A stretch of DNA of 64,000 bases from Mobula hypostoma (lineage: Eukaryota), in the NCBI RefSeq assembly GCF_963921235.1, contig NC_086097.1, positions 44,456,001-44,520,000 of the forward strand, given 5' to 3'. Position numbers and translations under genes: made by a program. Under the pieces are notes generated by a model. The model saw only the letters and a program-made list of their open reading frames with translations, did not search any database and was not told the DNA's origin. Every line of letters begins with the position of its first letter. Positions within the stretch are counted from its first letter, which is position 1. This document shows, piece after piece, positions 1 to 13,392 of this stretch.

Positions 1-361
1 TGAGCTTGGAAGTTCAGTATGGTTTGGTATCAGCAAATGAATTGTCATCTCACCATTTGGAAGGAACACATAATAGTGCAACAAAGGTTTAGTTACATCT
101 CTGGGTGTAGGTAATTCAGTGTAGCAAGTTTGAGTATGTTATAATTTTCAATTTGCACTTAATAAATATCGCTACATCTACGTCAGATTAGGGATTGTAA
201 ATAAGGTATGTTAAATCAAAGATTTTACTGGTCATTTCTCTTACTGCATTGATAAACTTCTAAGTGCTTAAATTAGACTCAGTAATTATTTATTAGCTCA
301 AGAATCAGTTTTTGAGAAACAAGCTGAAGTCTTATTATTTGTGCATATGCTTTTTCCATAG

Positions 362-583
<222 letters not shown>

Positions 584-681
584 TGAGGAATCGAAGATGT
601 TTTGCATTACTATTCTTTGAAATTAAAATTTCAAATTATACAACGTCAATGTACTTAATTCTTATTTTTTGTTTCACTCAG

Positions 682-822
682 ATCAACAAGCATGCATTTT
701 CAGGAGGTAAAGATACTATTGAAGAGCATCAGCGTCTTGGTGGCAATTGTGAAGTGGATGTATCTTATTTGTACTTGAGGTTTTTCCTGGAAGATGATGA
801 GAGATTGGACAAGATAAAGCAG
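682..822 (+). CDS. WARS1: WARS1 penultimate coding exon (141 nt)
   Basis: Acceptor gtttcactcag|, donor |gtcagc. [47 protein letters not shown] matches the TrpRS anticodon-binding domain; phase 0/0 fits the neighbouring exons. Confidence 0.97.
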
Positions 823-2287
823 GTCAGCAGAGTTTATTAAAAACTTAATTTTATTCATTTCAGTCCCCTAAAATGATAATGTTACATAACAACTTTGTCA
901 TGTAAAGGGTGGTTGATGGTCAGTGCAAACTCTCTGGGTCTAAGGGCCTGTTTTTGGGCCCGCTCTCTGATTCTTTGATGAACTTATTTTCACCAAAATA
1001 CAATACAAAAATCACAAGTAAACAGGAACTGAAGTAGGCTGCCTGCCTGCCATTCAATGTGATCATGACAGATCTGTCCCAGGCCTACATAGCCCTCAAT
1101 TCCTTAATCTTAAAACAAAATCTACCTGCTCTTTAAATACATTCAGTGATCTACTTCCACACGTGCAGTATTCCAGAGATTCAGCACCTTCTGTGGCAGC
1201 TCACATCCCTTCACTTGAGACTCTACCACAGGTTAGGGCAACTCAACATTTGCTCTGTCATGCCCTCATAGAAAAAAGGTGATGCAACTGAAACATACAT
1301 ATATAGGATTTCATATGTTTCATTTAGATCAGCTGTCGTCTCAACTTTAAAGAATACCATCTAATCTTTTAGCCATTATGACAGGACAACCCAGGAGTTA
1401 GCCTCATGAATTGCATTTGAACGGCAGCCAATCAGAAATCGGGAGCGAGCAACCCAGCACTTTGTGTGAGTTTTGGTATTTGAACAATGACAGTCAGAGG
1501 TCAGGATTCATTAGCAAAACCAAATAAAAATAAGGCAAGGGGAAGTGGAGTGGCCTTTGTCAGAGTAGACAGTGTTAGAGTGGGGATTTTAGGCTTTAGA
1601 TCTTTGAGGCTCGATTGTGAGAAGGCAAAAAGCTGTAGGTAGATTTTTTTCCAGTTTATTTATTGTTTCCTTCTTTATAACTGCACAGTTAGAGCAGTAG
1701 GGATGCCAGGCAGGATAGTTGAATGATCCTCTTGCGGGATGTGGGAAGGCAGAGAGATCTCCGGTGTCCAGAACAACTATAACTGGTGAGGTACTGGAGG
1801 ATTAAAGGATAGCTAATGTTGTTGGCTGTTTAAGAAAAGCTTGAAGAATAAACCAGGAAATTATAGGCCAGTGAGCCTGACATAAGTAGTGGGAAGGTTA
1901 TTGGAAGGTATCCCAAGGGACCAGATATATATGAGTATTTGAATATACAGGGACTGATTAGGGATAATCAGAATGGCTTTGTGCATGGTAGATCTTATTT
2001 TACCAGTCTTGTAGACTTTTATCAAGGAAGTTACCAGGAAAGTTGATGAAGGCAAGGCTATGGACATTGTCTATGTGGACTTTAGCAAGGGATTTGACAA
2101 GGTCCCCAGTGGGAGGTTGGTCAAGAGGTTCAGTTACTTGGCATTCAAGATGAAGTAGTAAATTGGATTAGACATTGGCTTTGTGGTAGAAGCCAGAAAG
2201 TGGTAGTAGATGGTTGCCTCTCTGACTGGAGGCCTGTGACCAGTGGAATGATCTGGATGATAATGTGGTTAACTGAATGAACAAACT

Positions 2288-2945
2288 TTTTTAGATTAGA
2301 TGATGAGGACACTCAGTCCTCGTTTATTGTCATTTAGAAATGCATGTATTAAAAAATGATACAATGTTCCTCCAGTATGATATCACAGAAACACAAGACA
2401 GACCAAGACTAAAACTGACAAAAACCACATAATTATAACATATAGTTACAACAGTGCAAAGCAATACCGTAACTTGATAAGAGCAGACCATGGGCATGGT
2501 AAAAAAAAGTCTCAAAGTCCCGATAGCTCCAACATCTCACGCAGACGGTAGAAGGAAGAAACGCTCCCTGCCATGAGCTTCCAGTGCCGCAAACTTGCCG
2601 ATGCAGCATCCTGGAAGCACCCGACCACAGTCCGACTCTGAGTCCGCCCGAAAACTTCGAGCCTCTGACCAGCCCCCCGACACCGAGCACTGAGCGCTTC
2701 GACCCTGGCCGCCAAGCAACAGGCAATGCCGAGGATTCAGGGCCTTCCCCTCCGGAGATTTTGGATCACACAGTAGCAGTGGCAGCAAAGCAGGCATTTC
2801 AGAAGTTTCACCAGATGTTCCTCCGTGCTCTCACGTCTGCCTCCATCAAATCAGAGTTGTGCACGGCATCCTACTTGACAGATTACAGATATTCATCACC
2901 GGAGAGGCCGCGCATGCTGCGTCGCGCCGTCATCTTCTCCTCCTC
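2288..2945 (-). mobile_element. Non-autonomous retroelement (LINE-tailed SINE-like) inserted into the CR1
   Basis: Interrupts the CR1 K-F-x-x-D-T-K codons. On the - strand it ends in ...aaatgacaataaacgaggactgagtgtcctcat..tctaatctaa, a typical non-LTR 3' tail. Confidence 0.55.
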
Positions 2946-3441
2946 GGTGTGAATGACACCAAGATTGGGCATGTAGTGGACAAGGAGGAATTCTATCAAA
3001 GCTCGCTGCGGAATCTGGATCAACTGGAGAAATGGGCTGAAAAGTGGCAGATTGAACTTAATGCAGATGATTGTGAGATGTTGCACTTTGGGAGGACCAG
3101 CCAGGGTAGGTTTTACAGAGTGAGCAGCAGGGCACTGAGGGGTGTGCTAGAATAAAGGCCCTAAATCATTGAAAGTGGCATCACGGGTAGATAGGGTTAG
3201 ATATAAAGCTTCTGGCACATTGGTCTTCATAGATCAAGGTATTGATTGGAGGAGTTAGGATATTACATTGAAGTTGTATGAGATGTTTGTGAGGCCTAAC
3301 TATTGTGTGCAGATTTGTTCACCTTCCTACAAGAAAGATGTAAATAAGATTGAAAGAGTACAGAGAAAATTTACAAGGATGTTGCTGGGACTGAAGGACC
3401 TGAGTTATAAGGAAAGATAGTTAGAACTTTATTCCCTAGAA

Positions 3442-5262
3442 CAGTGGTCCCCAACCTCTGGGCCGCAGACTGATACCGGGCCACGAAGCATGCGGTAGCC
3501 AGAGTGCACCCAGCACATCTTTAAGAAAAAAGCCAAAATAAACAAGCTAATTAATTAGGTGCCGCCCGGCACGTGAATGTCGGCCCAGATCAGAGGCGAT
3601 TGTGGATTTCACTTGCTCTACGCCAGGGGTCCCCAACCTTTTTTGCACTGCGGACCGGTTTAATATTGACAATATTCTTGCGGACCGGGGGTGTGGGGAG
3701 GATAGGGTTGCCAATGGACAAAAGTAGCAGTCAATACATTGTGTTTACCCCAAGAAAGACTACAATGACCATGAAGCCTTGCGCGGGCATCTGTGTGCGC
3801 ATGCGTGTGCGTGCCAATTTTTTCCCCTACAAATCATTTTTGGCAATTCTGTTCGGGGGGTGGGGGAGTGTTAATCACGACTGGAATATAGGTGGTAAGT
3901 GGCTAATGCACTCAATTTCGTTTCTAAAAGGGGTTATCTAATGAATTTAATATTAAACACACAGCGCATATTTTCCTCGCTTGAATATAGTGATGTCAAT
4001 TATCAGGGGAGGACAGGGGAGCTTGAAGTAGGTGTTGATCGAACTTCCAGTAGAAGTGGTAGAGGCAGGTTCGATATTATCATTTAAAGAAAAATTGGAC
4101 AACTATATGGACAGGAAAGGAATGGAGGGTTATGGGCTGAGTGTAGGTCGGTGGGACTAGGTGAGAGTAGCGTTCAGCACGGACTAGAAGAGCAGAGATG
4201 GCCTGTTTCCGTGCTGTAATTGTTATATGGTTATATAAGTCACTTAATAAGTCAATAGCATCATAACATTTCAAGTAACGTTTGGATGTTAAACACACCG
4301 TACATATTTTCCCCGTACGAACATATAACATCATTGCAACCCACCAGTATCACTGAATCAGTGGGAGCCCTGGGCTTGTTTCCCTGCAACAACACGGTCC
4401 CATCGAGGGGTAATGGGAGACGGCGATACTCGAAGGGGGTTCCTTATGTCCAGTCTATTCTGCAATTTAGTTTTCGTTGCATTCATCGCAGAGATATGCT
4501 GGAAATGGAAGCAACGTTTTCAGTGCTTTCATGGCTATCTCAGGATATTCAGCCTTGACTTTGATCCAGATTGCCAGCAGAGATGTTATGTCAAACATAC
4601 TTTTCAGCTTGTCGTCATTTGCAAGCTTAAGGAGTTGATCTCCTTCCCGCGTTGACATGGATGACGCGCGGGTAATGACCTCGCGTGCGTTCAAGCTCAG
4701 TGCGTGACAGGGAATGAGGGAAGGTGCAGCTGACTCATATCGCCAAATCATATTGTTTCCTCGCGGCCCGGTAGCACATGCTTTGCAGCCCAGTACTGGT
4801 CCGTGGCCCAGTAGTTGGGGACCGCTGCTCTACACGATGTTCACTCCACTTTCCAGGGCGCTGGAGCCTTTAGCTGTTCCATTGTTTGGTCGATTTAAAT
4901 GCCAGCCCAGACAGGGCTGTCAGGATCGAGGTGACATGTTGAATCTACACAAACTTCTAATAAAGTATATGCGCTGCCGTGCTTTCTTTGTAATGACAGT
5001 TACGTGCTGGTCCCAGGACAGATTCTCTGACACTTTTCAGAGAGAGAAACGTCGATCCTTAATGCTGAGGAATTTAAAGTTATTGACCCTCTCCACCTCA
5101 GTTCCTCTAATGAAGACTGGCTTCTGGGCGGCACCTAATTAATTAGCTTGTTTATTTCGGCTTTTTTCTTAAAGATGTGCTGGGTGCACTCCAGCTACCG
5201 CTGCACCCCTGCATGCTTCGTGGCCCGGTATCGGTCCGCAGCCCGAAGGTTGGGGACCACTG
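3442..5262. mobile_element. Non-autonomous hAT (Charlie/Buster-type) element, outer, with ~130-bp TIRs
   Basis: Ends cagtggtccccaacc ... ggttggggaccactg; extended inverted repeats ~3442-3568 and ~5126-5262; 8-bp TSD ccctagaa (3434-3441) / ctctagaa (5263-5270). Confidence 0.9.
3624..4827 (-). mobile_element. Second hAT (Charlie/Buster-type) element nested in the first, with a transposase C-terminal remnant
   Basis: Ends caggggtccccaac ... gttggggaccgctg; TSD ctctacgc (3616-3623) / ctctacac (4828-4835). Minus-strand FDITSLLAIWIKVKAEYPEIAMKALKTLLPFPAYLC resembles the hAT dimerisation domain. Confidence 0.88.
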
Positions 5263-6783
5263 CTCTAGAACATAGAAGAATGAGGGAGTGGGGTGTTGAT
5301 AGACGTATACAAAATTATGAAGGGGATAGATAGGGTAAATGCAAGCAGGCTTTTTCCACTGAGTTTGGGTGAGATTTCAACTAGAGGTTGTGGGTTAAGG
5401 GTGAAAGATGAGATGTTTAAGGGGAAGCTGAGGGGAAACTTCTTCACAGAAGGTGATGAGAGTGTGGAATGTTTAAACGTGATTTTTAACATTTAAGAGA
5501 AGTTTGAATACGTGCATGAGTGGGAGGGGTATGGAGTGCTATAGTCTGGGTGCAGGTCGATGGGTCTTGGCAGTTTGAATAGTTTGGCGTAGACGAGATG
5601 GGCAAATGGCCTGTTTCTGTGCTGTTGCCTTCAGTTATAGTGTATACTTTCTTAAATAAGCTTTCCAAAGCTGTTCATGACTCTCCAGGTGCAGCTTCTT
5701 CAACTCCTCGCACAGCTGTAACAATATTGCCCTATATTTAATTTACAAATCCTTAGCAATAGGTAGATTGTTAATGTGCTGTTTGCTGTCTTAGTTACTG
5801 TGCTACACTTATTTGCAATTTGCATTTCATGTCCTAAGACATCTTGATCCTTCTGCTTGATTCATTTACGTTTCCTTCTATTAAGATAATAGTTTGTCTT
5901 GTTATTCCTCCTACAAGGTGCAAAATCTCAACATTCCATCTGCCAAATTTTTGTCCGCTCACGCAACTTATCCACTATGACAGAGTCTAACTATCTTTAT
6001 CCTGGCATGCATTCCCATACCTTTGAGTCATTAACAAACCTGGATACTTTACACTTTGCCCTCTCCTTCAAGTCATTAATATAGACAGTGAGTAATATTG
6101 TGCACCAGCCTTTTATGTGGCACCTTATTGAATGTCTTTTGTATATCCAAATACCCTACATTTACAGGTACTCTGCTATTGATCTTCTTTGCTTTAAAGA
6201 TGTAACCTGATTTCCCTTACGTAAAATCACACTGATTTGGTTTAATTACATTAAGCTTCTCTAATTGACCAGGCATTCATTTAGATACATGTTAAGGTAA
6301 CTGGCCTATAATTTCCCACTTTTTGCCTCCCACCTGTCTTGTATAAAGAGTCATGTTTGCAGGGTGCCAAACTGCTGTTATTTTCCTGAAATATGGTTAG
6401 TTTTTAAAAGCTTCAATCAATGGACCTATTATTTCTGCAGCCATTCTCTTTCAAAACCTTTGATGCAGGCCATCAGATATGGTTGACTTGCCTCCCTTCG
6501 GTCTCATTATTTCCCTCCTGATGGCGATTGCTACAAGTTCTTCCATGCTGTTGGAAACTAGCCACTCTGTTTATATTTGGAATTGGAATTGGTTTATTAT
6601 GTCTTCCGCCATGAATTATGTACCATTTGCTTATTTCCTGCTGTAAAATTCCCAGTCTTATTCTCCATGAGTCCTATGCTGAGCAAGCCTCTTTCTTTTG
6701 ATATACCATATGTAAATAAATTCCTGCTGTTTATTTTGATATTGCTAGCCAGTTTTTTTTTTCATGATCAGCTGTCTTCCTCA

Positions 6784-7886
6784 TCTATATACTACTAAAA
6801 CTCTCATGCTCTGTCTGTCTGTTTGTCTGTTTGTGACCTCCAGTTAGTGCAAACGGTGCATTACAGCGGCACTTTTTTTGGCTAAATCAAATTAAAATGC
6901 GCTAACTTACAGAATGCAGGCAAAGTTCAGGGTTATATATTCGTATAAAATTGCTCATTCGCCAAAATAAACAGGCTCCCTTTTAACCCGAGACCCTATC
7001 GGCCATCATGGAAATCAGGACGCGACAGCCTGACGCATGCGCACGGCCAGCCTCAGCAGTGACACCTACTGGAGCAAAAGGGCAAGGCAGCTCTATTTCG
7101 AAGGGCCACATTCTGCTAATCACCATCAGCATGTGCAGGATTGGGACAGATCTAACTGCCACCCATCAATAAGAGATAATTAAATCTTATTGTAATGATG
7201 TACTTCAAGACACCCATAAAACCCTTTGCTGCCGTCAAAGGACAGCGATGACTATATCACGTCCATTTAGGAGAACGCCAGCCACATCATCAAGAATAAT
7301 CAGCATCCTTTGGTGTTACTGCTTCGTATCTTCTATCCAGCATTAGGGTAAAAAAGAAATGGTCAGCCTAATTATGCCGCATGGAAAGGGAAGGGGGACA
7401 TTATGGTCAAGAGATGATGCCAAACGTGGTCGGGAAGCAGCAAGGAGAGGGAGAGAACAAGAATCGGATGAGGCCAGGGCCGCAGGACTCCAGGATCAAA
7501 GAGTCAGGACAAAAAAGGTGAGAGAAGAAGAGACAGAGGAGGAGAGGCATGCACGTCTCCAGGATCAGAGACAAACAACAAACAGCAGAAGAGATGAAGA
7601 GACGGGGGATGAAAGGACTGCACGTCTCCAGAATGACAACGAGAGGCAGAAGACTGGCAGATAAACCAGAAATGATGCCATCAAAAGTGTCCTTCGTTAA
7701 ATGAGGAGCAGCTATATTTGCTTTGCTATGCGTCGTTCTTCTTTAATAAACTGAGGTTTTCTACTTCCGTTTCCAAAGCAAAGCGATACCAATAGCATTC
7801 AGGAAAACTTAATGTTTATTCTGGTCACATCAGACTGCACTACCCTTCTCTCAAAGGGTGCCCCAATGGGTCACCCCGCTGTCCAG
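6784..7886 (+). mobile_element. Non-autonomous Helitron (1.1 kb)
   Basis: 5' a|TCTATATACTACTAAAA; 3' imperfect hairpin caatgggtcaccccgctg then tCCAG|t (decayed CTAG). Inserted between A6783 and T7887 with no TSD; (TCTG/TTTG)n tract near the 5' end. Confidence 0.8.
7359..7664 (+). other. Helitron-borne ORF with three 23-aa STPR-like repeats
   Basis: EQESDEARAAGLQDQRVRTKKVR / EEETEEERHARLQDQRQTTNSRR / DEETGDERTARLQNDNERQKTGR: exact 23-residue period with E-[TS]-x-[DE]-E-x-x-A-[RG]-L. Confidence 0.6.
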
Positions 7887-8389
7887 TTAGATTTTAAATC
7901 TCCTGTCTTCTGATCTACCACTACCTTTTCCCTTTCTGAATACACTGGCTTTTAATTTTATAATTTTCCTTAATTGGCTTTGTTAACCACAGTTAGATCT
8001 TTCTCACTGAGTTCATCTAGCTGAAGGCGATAAATTTCTGATGTGGTATGAAAGATCTTCTGAACATTCTCCCTCTATTCATCTACTGACATTTCTTTTA
8101 ACCTATTTTCCCAATGTCTGAAGGACAGATTTTCCTTTAGACATTGGTTAATTATCCTTGCATAAGTTGAGTACACTGGTTTTGAATCAGGATGTTTATC
8201 CTCAAACTGTTACTGCATTCTACAGTGTTGTGATCAGAGCTTCATTTGCAATCCTTGAGATGTTTTATTAATCTTTCCTCATTATATATGACCAAATCTA
8301 AACTAGCCTGTTCCCAGCTGTTATAAAATAGTGCTCTAAGAAATAACCATTTAGCACTGTACAAAAAAAGTCTTTTCAACGCTATCCAT

Positions 8390-9470
8390 GACAGTTTGAT
8401 TAACAATGCATTTGCTTTCCTTACCACCGACTCAACGTACAAGTCAATCTTTAAGGAATGCTACACAAGAGCTCCCAAGTTTCTTTGCACCCCTGACTTT
8501 TTAAATTTTCTTTCTGTTTAGAAAATAGCCTATACCTTTATTCCTTCTACCAAAGCGCCTGATCATACACTTCTCTACACTATGTTCCTTCTGCCACTTC
8601 TTCACCCATTCTCCCAGTCTAAGTCCTTCTACAGACTGCTTGCATCCTCAACACTACCTGCCCCTCCACCTATCTTTATATCATCTGCAAACTTAGCCAC
8701 TAAGCCATCAATTCCATCATCCAAATTGTTGACATGTAACGTGAAACGAAGCGGTCCCAATACTGACCCCTGTGGAACACCACTAGTCACCAGTAGCCAA
8801 ACAGAAAAGATCTCCTTTATTCCCACTCTTTGTCTCTTGTCAGTCACCCAACCTTCTATCCATGCTTGTATCTCTCCTGTAATTTTACAGCCTCTCATCT
8901 TGTTGAGCGACCTCATATGCGGTACCTTGTCAAAGGCCTTCTGAAAATCCAGGTAAACAATATCCACTGACTCTCCTTTGTCCATCCTGCCTATAATTTC
9001 TTGAAATAATTCCAACTGATTTGTCAGGCAAGATTTCCCCTTAAGGAAACCATGCCTACTTCATCATCTGTCTCCGAGTACCCAGGAACCTCATCCGTAA
9101 TAACGGACTTCAACATCTTCCCAAGCACTGAGGTGAGGCTAACCGGTCTATAATTTCCTTTCTGCTCCCTCCTCCTTTCCGAAAGAGTGGAGTGACATTT
9201 GCAATTTTCCAGTCCTCCATTCCATTCCAGAATCTAGTGATTCTTGATAGATCATTACTAATGCCGCCACAATCTCATCAGCCACCTCTTACAGAACCCT
9301 GGGGTGTAGTCCATCTGGTGCAGGTGTCTTATCTACCTTCAGATCTTTCAGTTTCCCAAGTACCTTCTCTAAATAATAGCAGCTACACTCACTTCTGCCC
9401 TCTGACACTCTTCTGGTATACGTCTAGTGTCTTCCACGGTGAAGACTGACTCAAAATACTTTTTAAATTC
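8390..9470 (-). mobile_element. CR1 LINE reverse-transcriptase fragment within older, more decayed CR1 sequence (~5750-10400)
   Basis: ORF 8629-9015(-): VDIVYLDFQKAFDKVPH...SGVPQGSVLGP...KFADD. Confidence 0.9.
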
Positions 9471-11156
9471 ATATTTGCATCCTATGTCACCTCTTTCTAA
9501 GGATTTGATTTCATATTTTTTTTACCATCAGAGCCACCCCACCCCTCAAGTACTGTACGTGTACTGTATGCAGATGCAGTGGAAACCTACTAGTAGCAGC
9601 ATCACTGCATTCAGATAAGGAATCTTCATCTTTGTTTTGCAGTGTTTAACTACAGATCCATTGTGTTGCATGTTTTTGCATTTATTTTCCATCTCTTTCT
9701 GTCATGCTTTGATTTTCATTCTCCTCGCTAGCCTCTGTTCTTTCGATTGATTTTCATTCGTGTCACTTGACATTTTCCCTCCTCTGGCTAGTTGAAAGGC
9801 TAGTCTATAACCCTAGTTTTTGTTTTTTTCCAGTTCAAATGAACCTTGCCCCAAATGTGCAGTTCCTTCTTTCCCCAGATGGTGCCAGTACTTCATGAAT
9901 CAGAACCTATTTCTTCCACTCACCCTTGAACCTTGTGGTTACTTCTGTTATTCTATTTACCTTCTGCAGTTTACATATGACTAAAGTAATAATCTGGAGA
10001 TTATCATCCTAATGGTTCTGCTTTTTCAACTTTGCTCTAACTGCTCATAATCCTTCAGCATACCCTCCTTCCCAACCCTACCTGTGACGTTAATGCCTAT
10101 GTGACTGGATCCTCCCCGTCGCTCCAAGTTAATCCCCAGCCCTGGCGGAAGGCACTCAAGACTCTTTGCTGCGGAAAATAATGTCTCTTCTCCCATCTAT
10201 GGTATACCCCATGACCACGTTTCTTTTTTCTCCCACTACTTGAATGACTCTCTGCATCTTGCGCTATGAACAATTTTCATATCCCCTGTAAATCCCTAGT
10301 CTTGTCCAAACACGAAGCAAGAACTTCATACCTAGTAATGGCTGAGGCTCACCCAGAACTACCCTCTAGATACACTTATCTGCCTCTTTTGCAATCATAC
10401 CGTTAACTTTTAATACAGCCAACAAATAGAGAGCAGGAATTAGCAACGCCAGTGTAATATTTCGAGAATGTATCAGTTGCACAGGATTGCTAATTTAGTC
10501 CGAGGAAGTCCTGGTGATGATGCAGCTAATGAAGGATTTGCAAAAGGCATGACATAAGAGCAACTTCAAGATATCCAAATGTTTTTTTCTGCAAATGAAT
10601 GACTATTAAGTATATTCGCTCTTATAATATAGCAGAAGTAGCATCGAACATGCCCAGAATAAGCTCACATTTGCAGTAATATGACTGTGTATTTATTTTA
10701 TAATACTGATTGAAGGATGCATGTTTGTCAGTGGTGTGATCAGCCAGCTTCTTCACTTACACTTGAGAATGAAGATATTGCGTAACTTTAACATCCCATC
10801 TGAAAGATTAATGTGTTTAGAGCATTCCTTCAATATTACATGTTTCTGGTCATTTATTTGTAGGGGAATGCAAAAATAATTTCTCCAGTGATGTGGCTTT
10901 TGGTCTCTGCCGAAAGAGGTGTTAAAATAATTTTTAAAGAACTATTAGCTGTAAGTTGCACCTTAAGAACGTGAGCTGATGCAATGAATGGACCACAACA
11001 TATTTCTAAATGAATAAAGTCGCACTGAAAGGCCGCCTTTATACATAATTATCCTAATGATTTTAATAACGTCATTTGAAGCATACACTGGTGTAGTCAA
11101 TGCAGTTACATCAATGAATTTAGGATTAATTTCTTTATTATCCTTATTTCCTTTAG

Positions 11157-11315
11157 GATTATTCAAGTGGAAAGCTTCTTACAGGAGAACTAAAGAAAAT
11201 TCTCATTGAAACACTGCAGCCTCTCATAGCAGAACACCAAGCACGACGCAAGCAGGTTACTGACGAAGTGGTAAAACAGTTCATGACCCCTCGGAAACTG
11301 GCATATAATTTTTAA
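11157..11315 (+). CDS. WARS1: WARS1 last coding exon to stop codon
   Basis: Acceptor tatttcctttag|. [55 protein letters not shown] at 11313-11315; typical TrpRS C-terminus. Not in the ORF track. Confidence 0.96.
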   Translation, partial: DYSSGKLLTGELKKILIETLQPLIAEHQARRKQVTDEVVKQFMTPRKLAYNF

Positions 11316-11431
11316 TGACAAGTTTTGGAATTCACATTCCTTAATGGAGAATGCAGTCCAATTTAATTCATTAAAATCTTAACATTATGAAGAAGTTCTA
11401 TGTAATATGATGGACAAATGATTCAAAATCA

Positions 11432-11437
11432 AATAAA
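11432..11437 (+). promoter_or_regulatory. Candidate WARS1 polyadenylation signal AATAAA (second candidate at 11592-11597)
   Basis: First canonical AATAAA, ~115 nt after the stop codon. Confidence 0.5.
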
Positions 11438-11694
11438 TATCACTAAATTATAACCTGTAAGTTCCAGATCTATGGAGATAATTGCTTACTCACTCTTTGG
11501 TACATTATTAGATTGTCCTGATAAAACTTCACCCAGATCCATATAACAATTTGCCCTGATTATTTCTTATTCAAGAAGCCTACTCTTTCATAATAAATGG
11601 TTGGTCAAGAATTCTCTGCCCCAGAGGCCAAATCATTAGAGATATTTAAGGTGGAGATAGATAAATATTTGGAAGATAAAGGAATTGATACAAA

Positions 11695-11990
11695 GGAGTT
11701 TTTATTTCATTTATTTTTGTTTCGAGATCTGGCGCAGAACAGGCCTTTGCTAGCCTTTGAGCCGTACCTCCCTGCAACCCCTAACAAATCTGATTTAACC
11801 CTAACCTTATCACAGGACAATTTACAATGAGCAGTTAACCTACCCAGTATATCTTTGGACAGTGGGAGGAAACCAGAGGACTCGGAGAAAACCCACACAT
11901 TCCATGGGGAGGACATACAGAGATTTCTCACAGAGGATGCTCTGAGGGCTTGTTTCTATGCTGTCCTTCTCTACGACACTGCTCTACCAC
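11695..11990 (-). mobile_element. tRNA-derived SINE fragment (approximate ends)
   Basis: tttggacagtgggaggaaaccagag...aaaacccacac is the reverse complement of the common fish/chondrichthyan SINE core. Confidence 0.55.
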
Positions 11991-12259
11991 GCTGCCAGAA
12001 TAGATTTGAATTGAGGCCAGCATACATCGGCCATTCTCATATTGAATGGTGTGGTAGTCTTGAGAGGCTTGTTGGCCTACTTCTCTCCTATTTTCATCTG
12101 TTATAATTGAAAAAAGCAAGTTTAGAGTCAGGTAGTTGGATAATCACTTAAAAAAGAAAATTTGTATTATATGGATAAGAGGGGGAAAATATAAGACACC
12201 AGGACTAACTGGATTGATTTTTGAAGAAGACAGTACACAGGTTTGACATGCAAAATGGC

Positions 12260-13392
12260 TGCAACAATCATACCCTCAGTTCTAATCAACACGCTCCAAA
12301 ACCTGCACCTCTGGATGCTTAACTTCCTCACCGGGAGATCACAGTCTGTGCCAATTGGAAATGACATCTCCATGCTGACAATCAACCCTGGTGCACCTCA
12401 AGGATGTGTGCTTAGCCCACTGCTCCACTCCTTCTACACCCAGGAATATGTGGCTCGGCACAGCTCAAATGCCATCCATAAATTTGCTGACGACACAACT
12501 ATTGTTGGCAGAATTTCAGATGGTGTCAAGGAGGTGTACAGGAGTGAGATAGATTAGCTGGTTGAGTGGTGAGACAACAACAACCTTGCACTCACCGTCA
12601 GTAAGACCAAGGAATTGATTGTGGACTTCAGAAGGGGGAGGTCAAGGGATCACACTCTAGTCATCACTGAGGGATCGGAACTGGAAAGTGTGAGCAGTTA
12701 AAGTTTCTGGGTATCAACATCTCTGAGGATCTATCCTGGGCCAAACATTTGACGTAATTACATAGAAGGCAGAACACCGGCTATACTTCATTCGGAGTTG
12801 GTATTGTCACCAAAGACACTTGTAGATTTCTACAGAACATTCTGTAGAAATATCATGGAAAACATTCTAATTGGTTGCATCGTCATCTTTAGAATCTCAG
12901 GTAATTGGATAATCACTTAAAAAAGGAGAAGAAATCTTAAATTATGAGGGTGAGAGGGAGAAAAATATGGAAGGGCCAATGCACTAGATTGGAAAAAGCT
13001 GCAGAAATTTGTAAACTCAGCCAGCTCCATCATGGGCACTAGCCTCCCCGGCATCCAGAGCAGCTTCAAAAGGCGATGTCTCAAAAAGGTGGCATCCATC
13101 ACAGGACCCCCATCACCCAGGATATGCCCTCTTCTCATTGCTACCATCAAAGGAAGACACACACTCAATGATTCAGGAACAGTTCCTGCCCTTCCACCCT
13201 CAGATTTTTGAATGGACAATTAACACACGACCACTTCCTCACTTTTTTTTCCTCTCTTTTTGTACTATGTGTTTAATTTTCTTTTTTTATGCATACAGTG
13301 TAATTTATAGTTATTATGTATTCCAATGTTCTGCTGCCATAAAACAACAAATTTCATGACATATGCCGGTGATATTAAGCCTGCTTCTGATT
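12260..13392 (+). mobile_element. Rex1/Babar-like (L2-group) LINE 3' fragment
   Basis: GAPQGCVLSPLL...IHKFADDTTIVGRIS, KTKELIVDFR; 3' end gatattaagcctgcttctgatt. Confidence 0.85.

Larger units (their letters stand above)
1440..5640 (+). mobile_element. Internally deleted CR1-type LINE, interrupted by later insertions (approximate ends)
   Basis: ORF1-like start (MPGRIVE.SSCGMWEG) near 1704 joined to decayed ORF2 RT (GEV.ED.RIANV, NYRPVSLT, VYVDFSKGFDKV; 1787-2280). Resumes at 2950-3440 (LEKWAEKWQIELNA) and 5270-5640 (YKIMKGIDRV...TRG, ggcctgtttctgtgctgt tail). Confidence 0.8.
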
